A DNA stretch of 64,000 bases from Podarcis tiliguerta (Eukaryota), in assembly GCA_965153285.1 (NCBI GenBank), contig OZ229110.1, one strand, 5' to 3'. The notes beneath the pieces are model-generated. The model was not told the origin of the DNA and ran no database searches. It saw only the letters and a program-made list of their open reading frames with translations. Of this stretch, positions 1 through 14,000 are shown piece after piece. The translations under genes and the position numbers were made by a program. Positions within the stretch are counted from its first letter, which is position 1, and each line of letters opens with the position of its first letter.

Positions 1-166
1 GGTGGCCTACGTAAAATGCCTTTCTGAATCTTCCTGCTTTTAAAGGACTCTTCAGTGATGCCATAGATTGAATATGATAAAAAGGTGTTGGTGCTGGAAA
101 ACTATGTACTCTGACTGAAAAAGGTTGTTGAGATCTTTTCTCTTGATGCTTCAAATTACCATACTA

Positions 167-578
167 CCGTATTTTTCGCCCTATAGGACGCCTTTTCCTC
201 CTCCAAAAATGAAGGGGAAATGTGTGTGCGTCCTATGGGGCGAATGCAGGCTTTCGCTGAAGCTTGGAGAGCGAGAGGGGTCGGTGCGCACCAACCCCTC
301 TCTCTCTCCAGGCTTCAGGAAGCTATCCATAAGTCTGGAGAGCCCGTGGGAGTTCCCGCAGGGCTCCCTAGGCTGCGGATAGCAGCCTGCTTGCCCGAGC
401 GCGGGGCGGACTGAATCAGAGCGCCCCGCGCTTCGGGAAGCTATCCGCAGCCTGGGGAGCCCTGCAGGAGTTTCCGGCTGGGGGGGGGGGGATAAATTTT
501 TTTTCTTTATTCCCCCCCCCCAAAAAAAAACTAGGTGCGTCCTATGGGCCGGTGCGTCCTATAGAGCGAAAAATACGG
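167..578. mobile_element. Non-autonomous Tc1/mariner(pogo)-type MITE
   Basis: TIRs CCGTATTTTTCGC(C/T)CTATAGGACGC at both ends, flanked by TA on both sides. Confidence 0.85.
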
Positions 579-670
579 TAATTGAGACATATTTGCAGAA
601 TTGCTTTATAGGCTTAGCTCTTTTTGGGACCTATGTTGTTGAAAAATGCAATTGATTGCAAAATTAGTGA

Positions 671-998
671 GGGCCCCTCCAGACATCCTTTTTATTGTAT
701 ATTCATGATTATTTCTGTTCTTGATCGTAATAGAGTTGTCCCAAACTTTGGGATGGTCATCCTGCTTCAGTTCCAATCAGTGCATATCCTGTGCTGAAAA
801 CCTGTAGCTCTTTTTAACAAATGTTTAAAATGTTCATTTTTGTTCTTTTTTGTTGCATGATAGCTTCTCCAGACATCAGTAATGTGGTAGCATTGGAGAA
901 GCATCACAGCAGCATAAATCCGCCATTTATGCACTATTACCGTGTTTAAAAACATATTGCAGAATATACCTGCAATGAACACCAGTCTGGAGGGGCCC
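671..998. mobile_element. MITE with 14-bp TIRs (possibly PIF/Harbinger-like)
   Basis: GGGCCCCTCCAGAC (671-684) and its exact reverse complement GTCTGGAGGGGCCC (985-998); flanks TGA and TAG. Confidence 0.55.
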
Positions 999-1049
999 TA
1001 GCCAGATGAGAGATTGTCAATTTTAACCAGTGAGTGGTTGTTTCCTCAG

Positions 1050-4000
1050 CAATCCAGGAATGGGTAGATTCAAAACCTCTACCACTGTACCCCTCTCAGC
1101 TGCTCTCTGCCCTAGCAAAGTTACTCCTGGAGAAGATGGGGGGTTCTTCGGGGGCGGTGAGTGTTAGAAGAATTTGGATAACCTGTTTAAGGTTGCTCCT
1201 TGCTCTTATGTAAGGGTGATTGGTACTACTAGAATTTGTGTGTGTAGTGGGAGAAGGAGCAACAGTTAGGAAAAAGTAGCAAATAAGCATTTTTACTGCT
1301 GACACATATTCTCTAAAAATGTGGCTCATGTTAGGATACGGGGTGGGAGATGATCAGAATATTTTAAACACTTTCAGATGGAGAAACTGGGAGCTTCCTA
1401 GTTGTGAGACTTAAACTAGCCCTACAACAAGCAACTCTTTAGAATGCAATACTGTTTCCCTTTCTCATCAATAAATGCTCTTTTGGTGAGAAATTAAGTT
1501 TTTAAATTATAATATCTAACACAGAGAACCGGCATATTCTCATAACTTAAAAATATGTAGTCTATTCATGCAACAGACGGTTGTAGTAAAATAGACTGTG
1601 CTACTTCGGAGGTGGGGCACATTTTGGAAAGAAGTTCTAACATAAAAGGAGTACAGTTAGGCTAATTTCTACTTACAAAATGTTTTTAGTGTAGAGGAGG
1701 ATGCACAAATGTGATCTCTTGCCTACAGTCAGAAGTGCTACAATTCATTTTACTACCTCAGGACTCTAGTCCATCTCATTCTGTTGTGTTTAGAGGTCAA
1801 AAGCTATCACATAAGGGAATTCATGAAGCAACGGTGTTGGACAATGGAGACACAGGTTTATATCCCCTTTTGTCTGATACTCAATGGGTGCCTTTGTGGT
1901 TCGTTAGTCTCACAACATGGCAGATACGCAGATAGAAAAGATGTGCCATAGGCCTTGGAACTAGGGTGGGCTGTAATAATTTGTTTTACTAGGGCCACTG
2001 AATTCTGATTTTGATCTGATAGCTCTTAGACTACCTTGACTATGGAAACTTTATTAAAAGGTTCTTTGTTAAGATGCTTATTGCTAAAAAGAAGTTCCAT
2101 TCAGCTTATTTTGTTAGATTTTATTGCGTTTTAAACTATTTTCTGTCTCAAGCTGTAGGAGTAGATAAGGAGAAAATTGTAATATGCTAAAGAGAAATAC
2201 TGCATTTGATTATTGTATTATTCCCCTAGACTTTATCAGAGATGAAACCACTTTGTTTTCTTACAGCTCTATGGACTGTTTCTAACAGCAGCTGCTCAGC
2301 CCCTACGGACTGGTGATGAATTGGCAACTTGGTCAGCGGCTGTGGATGCTGGTATTGATGCCATGATGCGGTGAGTGTGACCCTTACATGACTACAGCAG
2401 AGTAATTATACATGTGTTCCCTTGCTACTTCCATCCTTGCTATATGAGTGAGACTGCCTACAGTGGGAGGGATACACATGTGGAACCTACACTACTAACT
2501 GTATTCATCTGACAGGTATGGAGGAGCTGCACCTGGAGACAGAACTATGGTGAGTAATATGCCCTAGCACTGTCCTTCATTAAGGCCCCTTCCATTCCAG
2601 CTATTTGCTGCATATCTGCAGTGTCCCAGGAACTAATTTTAGGGGATATCTACATAATGCCATGCTTAAGTTGTTGCCTTGTTAATTCAGATTTACTGTA
2701 AATCCCAGCATAGATGCAAAAATTCCAAAGGTATGGCTTTGAATTTTTGGTGACAGTTTGTTTCTGGGGTGTTATAACACTTCTGAGGGTTGCCCCACTG
2801 CCATGCTGCCTCACTTGTGGTTTGGCATAGAAGGACACACTTTAGTCATTGTTTTTCAAGGAACAGCCATGGAAGGTTGTTACCCTTGCTTTGATGTGAA
2901 GTATGGAGAAAGGAGGGTCTGTGCTCGAAGAAAATGAGTACTCTCAGAGACATGGTGCAGATGGGATACCATGAATGCAAAAACACAAAATTCAGGAAGG
3001 TATGAGCTGTGTCATGCTGTCCCATAAGAGCGGAATGAGAAGGGAAAGAAATCAGGAGAAGCACCTGAAATTTCTTCTTCTGCCATGGAGCTAGCTCGAG
3101 GCAAAAGTGACACCACTTATTTTTTGGCTTTACTTAGCAGTCATGGCTTACAGTCTTAACTATGGTTACTTTAGAATGCTTCACACATCTGCATATGCCA
3201 GACACTTGACACTAGCAAATTAGTGTAGTGTTAGTTAGCACAATTTATCTAAACAATAGTTACCAACATTAACTTGCCTTGTCCAGAATGTATGGAATAT
3301 TTCCCATAACATTCAGTTTCAGCAAACATTTCCAGGTGTTCAAGGTTCAGATAGGAGACTATCCGTGTCAAGATAATGACTGTCCATAACTAGCCCTGAT
3401 AGAGCTATTGTCCTCTTAATTATTCTTTGTCTCTTTGCTAGCTGGATTCACTCTGTGCTGCTGCTGAGCAACTCAGAGCCCTGAAGAACCCACAGACTAA
3501 TCCACTGAAGGTTCTGACCAAAGCTGTAGAAGTGAGTATGTTAATGTACCTACAACCCAAAGTGTAAAAAAACAAACAAAACCCTTTTGCATCATTTAGG
3601 AAGATGAGAGCAGGGAACTATAAGCAAGTTTTCTCAGGTTATAGATATGTAGTATATGTCCCATATCTGTAGTTCTGTGCATTCTCATATTGTCCAATCA
3701 GCATAAGTCTTATTATCAGGCACACAGTATCAATTTCACTAGTAGTCCATCTGCAATCTGAAAAATTACCAAACACTTAAAATCATTAGGCAAAATCCTA
3801 AAGTGGTTTGTTTGCAGCATTAGGACTAAAAGGCATCACATCACAACAGAAATGGGGAGGACTAGTGTCCAGATGAGGGCTTATGGTTTCAAATTTAGAA
3901 GCATATGAAAGCTTTTGGTGGTATTCTATCTACTCTTAATTCCTTGCAAATGGTGAGCACATAGGTATCTGTTTCTCCTCTTATAATGTCTTGCTTTTTT

Positions 4001-4165
4001 CTCCAGGAGGCAGAGGCTGCTGCTGAGTCTACAAAACATATGGAAGCAGCTGCAGGCAGGGCCAGTTACATTGGCTCATCCCGCCTAAATCGACCAGACC
4101 CTGGAGCTGTAGCAGCTGCAGCTATTCTTCGTGCAGTGATGGAAGGATTGCAGGTTAAAATTTAA
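1050..4165 (+). CDS. TKFC: Triokinase/FMN cyclase (dihydroxyacetone kinase), 3' part (DhaL domain); 5' exons lie upstream of the window
   Basis: Exons 1050-1156 ([35 protein letters not shown]), 2267-2370 ([18 protein letters not shown]), 2516-2549 ([11 protein letters not shown]), 3442-3531 ([17 protein letters not shown]), 4007-4165 ([44 protein letters not shown]). All GT-AG with phases in register; MGGSSGALYG, GDRTMLD, GRASY and DPGA are DAK/TKFC motifs. The C-terminal few residues are uncertain (see findings). Confidence 0.95.
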
Positions 4166-4169
4166 TTTA

Positions 4170-5165
4170 GTGGTGATTAATTTATTGTATATATTTATAA
4201 AAGTATATACCACTAAATCCCAAAACATATCAAAGCGATTTCCAACATTTAAAAGATAAAAACTACATTTAAAAAGCAAATATAAAAACTAATTTAAAAT
4301 AAAAAGAAGTTAAAAACAAGCATAAATAAACCATGGTGGAGGATGAACGCTTAATTGTCTGCATAAGCCTGGTGAAATAAAAAGGTTTTCAGCAGGCATT
4401 TAGAAGATGGCACAGAAGGTGCCTGCTGAAACTCTCTTGGCAGAGTATTCCAAAGGACTAGGCCAATGACACTAAGGGTTTGGTTTCTCATTGTTGTCAA
4501 ATGAGCCTCACCAACTCAGGGAACAATCCTGCTGCTAATCTCATACAGTGGTACCTCGCAAGACGAATGCCTCGGAAGACAAAAAACTCACAAGACGAAA
4601 GAGTTTTTCGTTTTCTGAGTTGCTTCACAAGACGGATTTCCCTATGGGCTTGCTTCACAAGATGAAAAGTCTTGCGCCTTTTTTTTTTTTAAACCGCCAA
4701 TGCATTCCTCTGGGAAACCGTCAATACACAGCGGTGCTTCGCAAGACGAAAAAATTCACAAGACGAAAAAACTCGCAGAACGAATTAATTTCGTCTTGCG
4801 AGGCACCACTGTAAAGGTTCAGGCGATCCCTGAGGTACCCCGGACCTAAGTTGTAGTGAAGCAGGCTGGGAGATTATTCTGCTGCCTCTATTGTATCCTT
4901 GAAGAGCCATGCAGCAGAATTGTTTTGTGTGTTCCAGAGTATGGTTGTACCAGAAGTTGGCAGCATGCTGTGAGCCATTTGCACAATGCTTTGGGGATAA
5001 AATCACACAGCTCTGTAGTGCCTTGGATGTCACTGTTACTGCAACTCTAGTTGAGATGCCCATTGCAGTACTCTGTGGGGTCAATTTCAATTTATATGGC
5101 TTGATGATGTGGACAGAACTCTTACAATGATGTGACCAGCTTCTTGCTCGACTGCCCATCCTGAC
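4170..5165 (-). mobile_element. Degraded LINE (L2-like) 3' fragment, interrupted by a MITE
   Basis: AT-rich tail at about 4170-4330 followed by sequence resembling the reverse complement of an L2 RT C-terminal region (AAAAAGGTTTTCAGCAGGCATTT..GAGTATTCCAAAG). Recognised by pattern only. Confidence 0.45.
4546..4811. mobile_element. Tigger/pogo-like MITE
   Basis: TIR CAGTGGTACCTCGCAAGACGAA ... TTCGTCTTGCGAGGCACCACTG; TA target duplication; internal repeats of CAAGACGAA. Confidence 0.85.
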
Positions 5166-8100
5166 TGGCAGAAGCTGGTTGGGAGGGGTCCTGGGTGCAG
5201 TGATACCTCCTTCCTTTGATTTAGCTCATAATTCAAGACTTGCTAAAATGTTGAATCACCATTCCTCTCCTGTGCAGGGCTCTCCATTGAATCGAAGTAG
5301 CTTCAGAATGGCAACATGATGTTCTTATAATACCTTGCTTCTAATACTTCAGGCTCAAGAGCATCCTTGCAGTGAATAGTATCTGGTGTGTCTGTAACCC
5401 CATGCATAAGTACAGGTCTATGCTTTATATTCTTAGTTTTGTGATCATTACTTTGTACTTTATGAAATTTGGCTGTAATAAAGAGTCCTATCTTTGGAGT
5501 TGCTTGTGTTGTCATTCTGCTGCTTCATAATTTTTGCAGCAATACCTCCCCACTTAGGAGCTGTTCCTGAAGATCTTTGATTAAAGCCATGCATTGATAA
5601 CATTTAACAAAACAGGAAGTTTGTACATCTGTTACTCAGCTATGCTGACTGAGGTTTCTAGACGCCACCCCGCTGATGAAGCCAGGGTGGGCTTTTTTCA
5701 TAACAGAAGAGAGCTGTGATTTAGATAAATCTGTGGCGGATAAGATGGTTATTAGTCATGATGACCATAATACCTCCAGTATCAGAGATAGTGCCTCTGA
5801 ATAGCAGGGGCTGGGGATCACAAGCTGGAAAGTATGGCTGTTCCCAGGTCCACAGCACTGGACTAGATGGGTCTTCAGTCTGATCCAGCAGGCCTTTCTT
5901 ATGTTAGTATGTTAATGGTGGGTGCGGCTAGAGGCAAAAGTAAGCAGAGCAATGGATTTTGGACACATTTTGTTTACGTTATGGACACACAATTGTCAGA
6001 GGTTTCTACCCATACGCCCTCTCCATCCAGGTAAACAAGAGAAAGCATTATCTTAGTTCAAGGACACACTCCAGCTAGGAAAAGCACTCAAGGAGAGCAT
6101 GGATCAAGGCTGGTGATGAGACATGGCCAAGGGAGATGCTTCCATTTGGCTCCTAGCCCTGAGGTTCCCTAGCCCTCTATACAAAGAGGATGCTCCTTTG
6201 AAACTACATTTTGTAGAGAAAAACTGTTTCATGGGAATAGATAAGCTCATATTTGACTTGGGCTAATCACTGTCCTCAATAAACCAGGTTTGTACTAGTG
6301 GCAGTAACTAAGGAGAATGAGATGTGCACACATATATACCCAAGTAGGAAAACAGAAATATTCAGACCTTAGAAATATTGCACCTTTTCAAATGTTCATT
6401 CTTAGCTTGCTAAATTACTTCCATGCATACAACAGTCCTGATAAGTTTATACTTCTGTTTCCTGTTGTATCTCAAAAGGGGGAACAGTGGCTTAATATCT
6501 AGTTGACAAATACTGGAATAATGCAACTCAGTCAATTTCTTCATAGAAAGCTTACCTGATATTGAATGGTTTGCCTAGGCAAGGAGAAATGGTATTAGAA
6601 TTATACTAAGGAGCTAATCACTACATTTGCAAATAACATTTGTCAAGAAGCAGATCACTGAATGGAACTTTCTAAACAGCATTAAGGCTTCAATCCTAAC
6701 CCTGCTTACCTAAGAGTAATCCCTGTTCAGATCTATAGGATTTAATGGTCTATAGACATGGTTAGGATTGCACTGCAAGACAATATACTGGTCTCATGTT
6801 GCTTCCAAATCACCTTTTTATGGAGCATTCATCCACATCTTTCTGTACAAAGTTTGCAGGGAGGTTACATGATATCCACTGTTCCTGAGCATTTGTTTGC
6901 CAGGAGGTTGTACTATGTTGCTCAAGCAAGTGTTACGTTGTAGGACATTTCCTCCTTTTCTTGCCACAAAAATTCCAACTTGGGGGTGGAAGCATGTTGA
7001 TATATACGGCAATGTTCAAAATATAATAAACATTAAAAGTGAATTTGGTGCTCTCGCACAACCCCGCCCACAAAATAGCAACACTGCAGAAGCACTATTA
7101 GTACTTTTAAGGTAAAAATGCCAAACAACAGTTTTAGACAAGAGACTGAGTACTCTGCTCCCCTCCTTTCATTTTGTCTAGGAATAGAAGAGAAGACTAG
7201 GCATGCCCCAACCCCTACCTAGCCAAGGTTGCCTCCAGACGACCTGCGTATTGAACATTCAATTTCCTTGCACAATGCATCAAGCATGTGTTATCCCACC
7301 CTTTCCAGTGCTTTTCCCTTTTACTTTCATTATCACAAAAGTATGATTCGGGGTGGAAAGGTTTGTGGTCATGCTGTATCAAATTAACTTTAATTGCACA
7401 AACCTAGTTTTCAATTCCCCCTGAAGATAGCAACAGCATTTTCTACTGTTTGCCATAAGCTTCATACATAGTGGCAGCATGTACAAGAGTTCTGAAACAC
7501 ATTTGAAACCAAGAGAAGAAGAAATCATTGCTTGTTTTAGAAAGGTGGCAAGAATGAGACTTAGGAGGAGCTGTTGATGACTGAAAGAGTATTATGTATG
7601 TTTATGGATGGGTCTGGGGTGGCGGGGAGAATTATTTCACCAATCAGCGTATATTAGACTGTGATGGCCTTTTACCAGTTCTAACAGACTGAAATCTACA
7701 AAAAAAAAAAAAAAAAAACCAGCACGCACCACATGCTAGGAATAACTACGCCAGATACCAGTGCTCTGAATCAGGTGATATCAGTAAGTGTTATTCAAGT
7801 GCAAATTTAGCTTCATGCCAAGAAATAGTTCTTAGCCAGGAAGAGACCATTTCCCACTGCTTGTTTCGGTATGGGAGGGAATCTTTATGTGGTTAACTGT
7901 GGAGAAAGCAATCTGTCTTTCATAAGCACCCTCAAACACTACTGACATTATAGTACATAGTTTATAGTTCAAAAAATGATAGATGAGGTGACTCAACAAA
8001 ACAAGATATATATCAGAGAAAGAGAAGTCACAAGTATATAAATGCTTGGCCTTGAACTAGGAGAGCTAATCTCATACCTAGTTACTAGAATGGCAGGATC

Positions 8101-8355
8101 GAAATTTCTATATAAAAATTTAAATAATGACTTGTCAGCTTATGTCAGGCTAGTTGAAGATGAGCTGTTTAGTAAGAATGCTGGAAAAAGGGATGTGGTA
8201 AAACATAGTTCTAGAATAATTCAAACATCGTCCTGAATATCACTTTCTAATTTGTACCTCTATATATTCCATGTTGCCATGGGGGGGAGGGTGGAATGGC
8301 TCCCCTCCCCAAAAGAAGGTTATGATCATTTGTTACTGGAAAAATAAGCAGATCA

Positions 8356-8676
8356 CTGATCAGAAGGTCGGCAGTTCGAATCCCCGCAACAGGGTGAGCT
8401 CCCGTTCCTCGGTCCCTGCTCCTGCCAACCTAGCAGTTCGAAAGCATGAAGTGCAAGTAGATAAATAGGTACCGCTCCAATGGGAAGATAAATGGCGTTT
8501 CCGTGTGCTGCTCTGGTTCACCAGAAGTGGCTTAGTCATGCTGGCCACATGACCCGGAAGCTGTACGCCGGCTCCCTTGGCCAGTAAAGCCACAACCCCA
8601 GAGCCGTGGAGCACCACAACCCCAGAGCCGTCCATGACTGGACCTAATGGTCAGGGGTCCCTTTACCTTTACTTTA
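8356..8676 (+). mobile_element. Sauria SINE, 5'-truncated
   Basis: GGTCGGCAGTTCGAATCCC B-box, CCTGCCAACCTAGCAGTTCGAAAGCA core and ACCTTT tail; homologous to the copy at 37728. Confidence 0.85.
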
Positions 8677-11093
8677 CAGGAAGTATTTAGGAGGATATAA
8701 TAAAAACATAAATGCATGACATCTTGAAAAAGCGGTGTGCATTCTGCAGACTAGACAAGGCATCCCAATACATATTATGCATTGGCTGCTACCAATGTAG
8801 AATCACCAAGAAGTAGCCCCATGTGAGAGCAAGGCCAAAGTGTCCCTTGCTTTGACTCTAATGACAGATGAACCAGATGTATTAAGGAACTCTTACTAGG
8901 TGGTAGCTGCAACAAAGTAAAAAAGAAAAGAAAAAAGGAAGGCATAACACTTCGTGTAGCACCAGTGGAGGTATGAATCAGGGCACTGCCCCACCAGTCC
9001 CAGTCTGCCCCCAAATGCCTGCCATCCTACTTTAGCATCCAGTCCAGGAGTTGGTCCTGGCTGCCTTAGTCTCAGTATTGCTTGTACAACTCAGCAGAGA
9101 GGAGGGTGGCTCTGGCTCTATCTTTAACTTTCTATCCTACCAGTCACCACGGTGTACCAGAGTCCTATGGTAGAAATATATATGCTGTGTATGTGTGTCT
9201 ACCAACAAAATAAACTACAGAGCTAAACTAACAATGAGTGAAAAAAATGAATGGGGTTGATATAATGACTCCAACTAGAAAGATAACAATAGTACATTGA
9301 ATGGCAATATTGTTGTTAGCCGCTCTGAGCCCAGCTGCGGCTGGGGTGGGCGGGATATAAATAAAAATTTATTATTATTATTGTCCTTGCTTATAGATCA
9401 TGGCACACACTGGCTGCTTCCCTATGAGGCTTTCAGTATATGTGTTCATTATGCCTTCTCTGAAGCTTTTAATGTGTATTTGGTATGCCTCCACCATGCA
9501 GTTTTACAGGGCATCTGGATGTAAGCCAAGTATAATCCTCCCATGCTTTCCCATTGCTTCTTCCACCTTTTTTCTTACTGTTAAGGAGGGAAAGAGCAGA
9601 AGTGCACAGCAATCTCCTTGCAGTTGTGCACAGGAAAAGTCACATCTGAACCACACTGGGATTTGTTTTCCCTGAGGAAGGTAGCTGACATGTTGGAGAT
9701 GACCGCTCCTTTCTCTAAGGCCTGCCATGTACTTCTGGTTTAAAAAGCATTTCATGTCCTGCACCCCAACTCCTTTCTACCAGATTTCAGTCTTAATAAA
9801 TTGTTCCCTAGAACGAGGTTCCCTACACACTTCAGTTAGCTATTTTACTGGTAAACTGCATTAAGATAAAGTAGTGCTAACTTCCAAGTACCATGGTGTA
9901 GGTTTCAGCAGTAATCCTGCAAAGCCACAATCCTCCAGCCCCTGTGCTGCAGACACTATTAAAAACATTTAACAATTGTGCTGTGGTAAAATACTGCAAC
10001 CAACAAGCAAGGGGACGGGGAATCAATTTAGCATGCTTTCTAGCTGGGTTGTTGAACTGGCTACACTGGATTGTCCAATTAGATCTGGTTATAAAATTGA
10101 CTGAAGTAGAGATTAGTCATTCTCAAGTGAAATCCACGGGATTTAGAGCCTGATCTCTAATGATGTTTACTTGGAAGTAAGCTGCAAGCACTCTTTTTTA
10201 CTTCTTAAGTTTTTTTGCAATTGTGCTAATTGTGTAAACACATTCACACAGAAGGGCACACAAAGCAGGAGGTTAAAATAGTGCTAAGAAGCACCCGCTT
10301 CAAAATGTGAGGAAAATAAGACATGTGACAGCCAACCAGCAGGTGAAGAAACAGAAGGCTATAACCTTGTCCATACAGTTATGGTATGCCCACCATGTGG
10401 ACAAAATATAATGAGATGCAGACACTGCATTGGAGCACCAGAGGCAGGTGGATAATCAGTTGCAATTCTGCTTATAACGGGAGAGTAGGAGACCCTCATC
10501 TGGACACACTCATTGAAACTCCGTCCCTTTAAGAAGATGAATGAGTAATGCTAAGGCTGCAGACACCTTCGGAATTGTGCTGTTTTTCTGTTATTAAACA
10601 TGTACAAATACCTGACAAGAGTCACAGGAAAACACAGGAGGACAATACATGGATGTCAGCACCGTATGGATGCCCCATTCAAAAGTGACTGCCTGAAGCA
10701 TGACAATTCCACGCTGAACACCTAGTGTGGAAGCACCTGCAAATCCAACAGCAAAACCATTAGAAGGAATCATTTATTTCATCTGATAATTTAGGTTTCT
10801 AATAAGTCCATGAAGTACAAAAATCTGGGAACTTGTCATAATGGCACAATAGCAACTAAGAAATGAATTGTTCAGAGATACCTGGATTTCCAGCAGCTCA
10901 GCAACTCAGCAAGAGCAAGAGCAAGTGGGGTGGGGTGGGGGGAATTAATAAAATACCCAGAAGGCCAGACAATTCAGTGCCACAATTAAAGTTTCAACTC
11001 TTGCTCTGAAAACAGAAGCAAGAACGGTTGAAGATCTCAGTGGAGAACAGGCCGCCACACAGGTCTGGATCACAATCCTTCCTGTTTGCTGCT

Positions 11094-14000
11094 TCATTTA
11101 TCCTCCTGTAGCAAGGGCTGTAGAAAAAGAACACCAGAAGTAAATAATAAAGCTTGATTCCACAAGCTTTCTATCTCACTCTCAGATATTAAACTCTCTC
11201 AGAACATATTGTCTATTGCTTATGATGTTCAGTCTAGCCCTCTTGCAGAGAAAATCCAGACCAGGTTTCTAGGATTTAGCTCCCATACTGTTGCTCCTTT
11301 TGCCAGGGATAAGTTCCACTACTATACACATGTGTCATTCTATGTCTGTGTTGTCAAAACAAATGTTCTGCAATATAAACCCATGGAGGCTATGGGGGAA
11401 GAGGACAGAGAACTTTTGGAAGCCAGTCAGACTAATAATTAATCCACAAGGAACATGTCTTATCATTAATCGAAAATGAAATCTCAAAAATACGCCCCAC
11501 TGTTCAGTTCTTTCCTTCGTTAGGGTGGTATGCAATGAACATTTTTGCATATGTGTGTGTGTGTATAAAATAAAACAAAAAAACCCACAACCCAAAATCT
11601 AATGAAGTTTAATGTCTCCTGTCCATACTATCGGTCAGTTCTTGATGGGCTATACTCATACTATGTGTTATTGTCCCCGCTCTCCTCAATTAGTACTTCC
11701 CCATTAGTACTTTGTAGAACCCCTCCCTGACTTAAGGACACCTGCGGTCCATTATGAGCATTTGCACAGGTATTTGCTTACGTGTGCACAGCCATTAAAA
11801 GAAATATAGATACAAGTTTTCTGATATACCAGATTTGCAGAAAACAGCAGATTTTTTAATAAAAAATGAAAGGGGAAAAAAGCATATATGAGGTCATACT
11901 CAGCCCCACCAGAAGCCCATTGAGCCTTGTCATCAGAAGTAGAGGTGATGATGAAAACATGACACCCAGCAAAACATCATCACACACGTATGTATACGGG
12001 TGTCACTCACATAATGTGCTTTAGTACATTCATATTTGGGTAGCATGTGGTTTTATGTTGGATTCTCCCCCCCTTACTGCATTATCAAATACTGCCTTAT
12101 CATGTCTCAAATAAATCTGAATCATTGGGAGGTGGTGCAAGTTTCTACTTGAAGGAGGATAAAATCATGTGGATGACAGAAAAAAAAAACATGTAAACAT
12201 GGGATGCACCAAATCTACTTGGAACTCTTGTTTGTACACAGCGAAAATACGCTGCTCTCATCCTAACAACAGTTGAACAAGAGTTTCATTTTCTGAAAAA
12301 TTCTTCCCCCATCCCTCCGCTACTTTGTCCAAGCTAGTACACACTACCATTTAAACTCAACAGACTTCAGTGGGTTTGAGCCAGTATGGTATAGTGACTA
12401 GAGTGCTGGACTAGGACCAAGAAGATCCAGCTTCAAACCCCCTCTCAGCCACATAGCTCAGTGGGTGACTTTGGCCAGTCCCTCTTAGCCTAACCTGCCT
12501 CACAGGGTTGTTGTTAGGATAAATTGTAGTGGGGGAGACAGAAAACCTTGTGTGATGCCTTGAAGGATAGGCAGGAAATAGTTGTAGTAAAATAAATAAA
12601 TCTTAAAGGTCAATAATAACAACAACAACAACAATAATAATAATACCACCTCTTGGGTATCTTGACAATTCACATCTGGACGCTTCCATACTGGCATGGC
12701 AAGGGCAAACAGCACCAGTAGCCCAAAGACCAGGATCAGCATCCCCAATATGTTGGCAAACCATGCCTCTGCAGGAAGCTGAGCGTAGGGTGTGGTTGTG
12801 TTTGTTCTAAAAGTACAGACAAAAAGCAAAAATGCTTGATGAAAAGCCAATAGCACCACAAACACCTCCCCAGAGACCCATAAAGAAGGAAATATCTGGA
12901 TAGTGCCAACAATCTATATTAAGCCATGTAATCTCTTTCACCATATGTAGCTTTGCTCCAACAGCCGTTCTACTGTCCCAGACACCCAAGTAATGCATTT
13001 GGGTTCAAGGCTGGAGCACATCTTATATTCAGTTAAATGTGTACAATGACCTATTGAGCAGAACACTATCTTCACATTACAAGCCTCCAGACACTAGCTC
13101 CACATTCCTGTCTGCTGCTGCTACATGTGGCTTAACCACCTTCTCAGGTTCCCCATTGCCTCAGGGACACATTTCCCTTTTGTACTTCTAAAACAGGGAT
13201 GGGGAACCAGTGGCTTCCCCAATGTTGCTGAACTATATGTTCCTTATTCCTGGTCTAAAAGCTATCATTGCTTTCAAACTTTATAATGACTGCTATCGAT
13301 CCGGACCAGGCTGAGCAGCTTCCTCTTCATCCCTCATTATTTGTACCCCAGAAGACTGCCAACTCTCTCCAGTGTAAATAACCAGCAACATACTCTCCAT
13401 TGTCTTTTTAGCGTGGACTATTTCCTCCTCCCAGTATCAAGCCCTCTCTGTTTTGCTACTCACAGTTTGAAGAAAAGCTTCTCATTGATGCCTGAGATGC
13501 AGGCGGCCACAACTAAAGGGATGATGGCAGAGCCAAAGAAGACATGGATGGGCTTGTACAAGGCTCGGAACCAGGTGGGAGCCCAAGGCAGCAAGAAAGA
13601 AGCAAAGCCCATGGCCCACTGGATGGAAGAGATAAGAAATTGGGATCTTTTCAGAAACCTATATTGGAGGAAGGGCTCAGCATGGTATCTGCAGAGGGAC
13701 TGAGCACAAGTAATGCAGCAACCAGATTTGCAGAAGTATTTGTTTTATTATATTCATGATCTAAAATCTCAAACTAGCTATGAGAGCTTGGGGGCGGGGG
13801 AGAGATAGACAGCCACCAGTGAACAATTTAGGTTAGTTTTTTCAAATATCTACTGCGCTTTTACAGATAAAATAAATAAAATGTTTCAAACAAACTTTTA
13901 ATACCACATGTGCACATGGTGAAGGGATTAAAGGGGGGGGGCGAGATTACCCAAGAGGGAGGAAAGCTAATATTTATGAAAAGGGTGGCTGTAACAAATT

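Noticed and set aside
4546-4811. Short repeated CAAGACGAA units resembling an array
   Set aside because: Internal repeats of a TIR-bounded MITE in vertebrate DNA, not a CRISPR array.
5500-11000. Hidden gene between TKFC and CYB561A3
   Set aside because: Only short ORFs, repeat fragments and UTR-like sequence; no spliceable coding chain found.
13341-13703. 120-aa plus-strand ORF, and similar antisense ORFs at 38436-38783, 41260-41577 and 48047-48307
   Set aside because: Antisense shadows of real exons of CYB561A3, the fascin-like gene and CPSF7.
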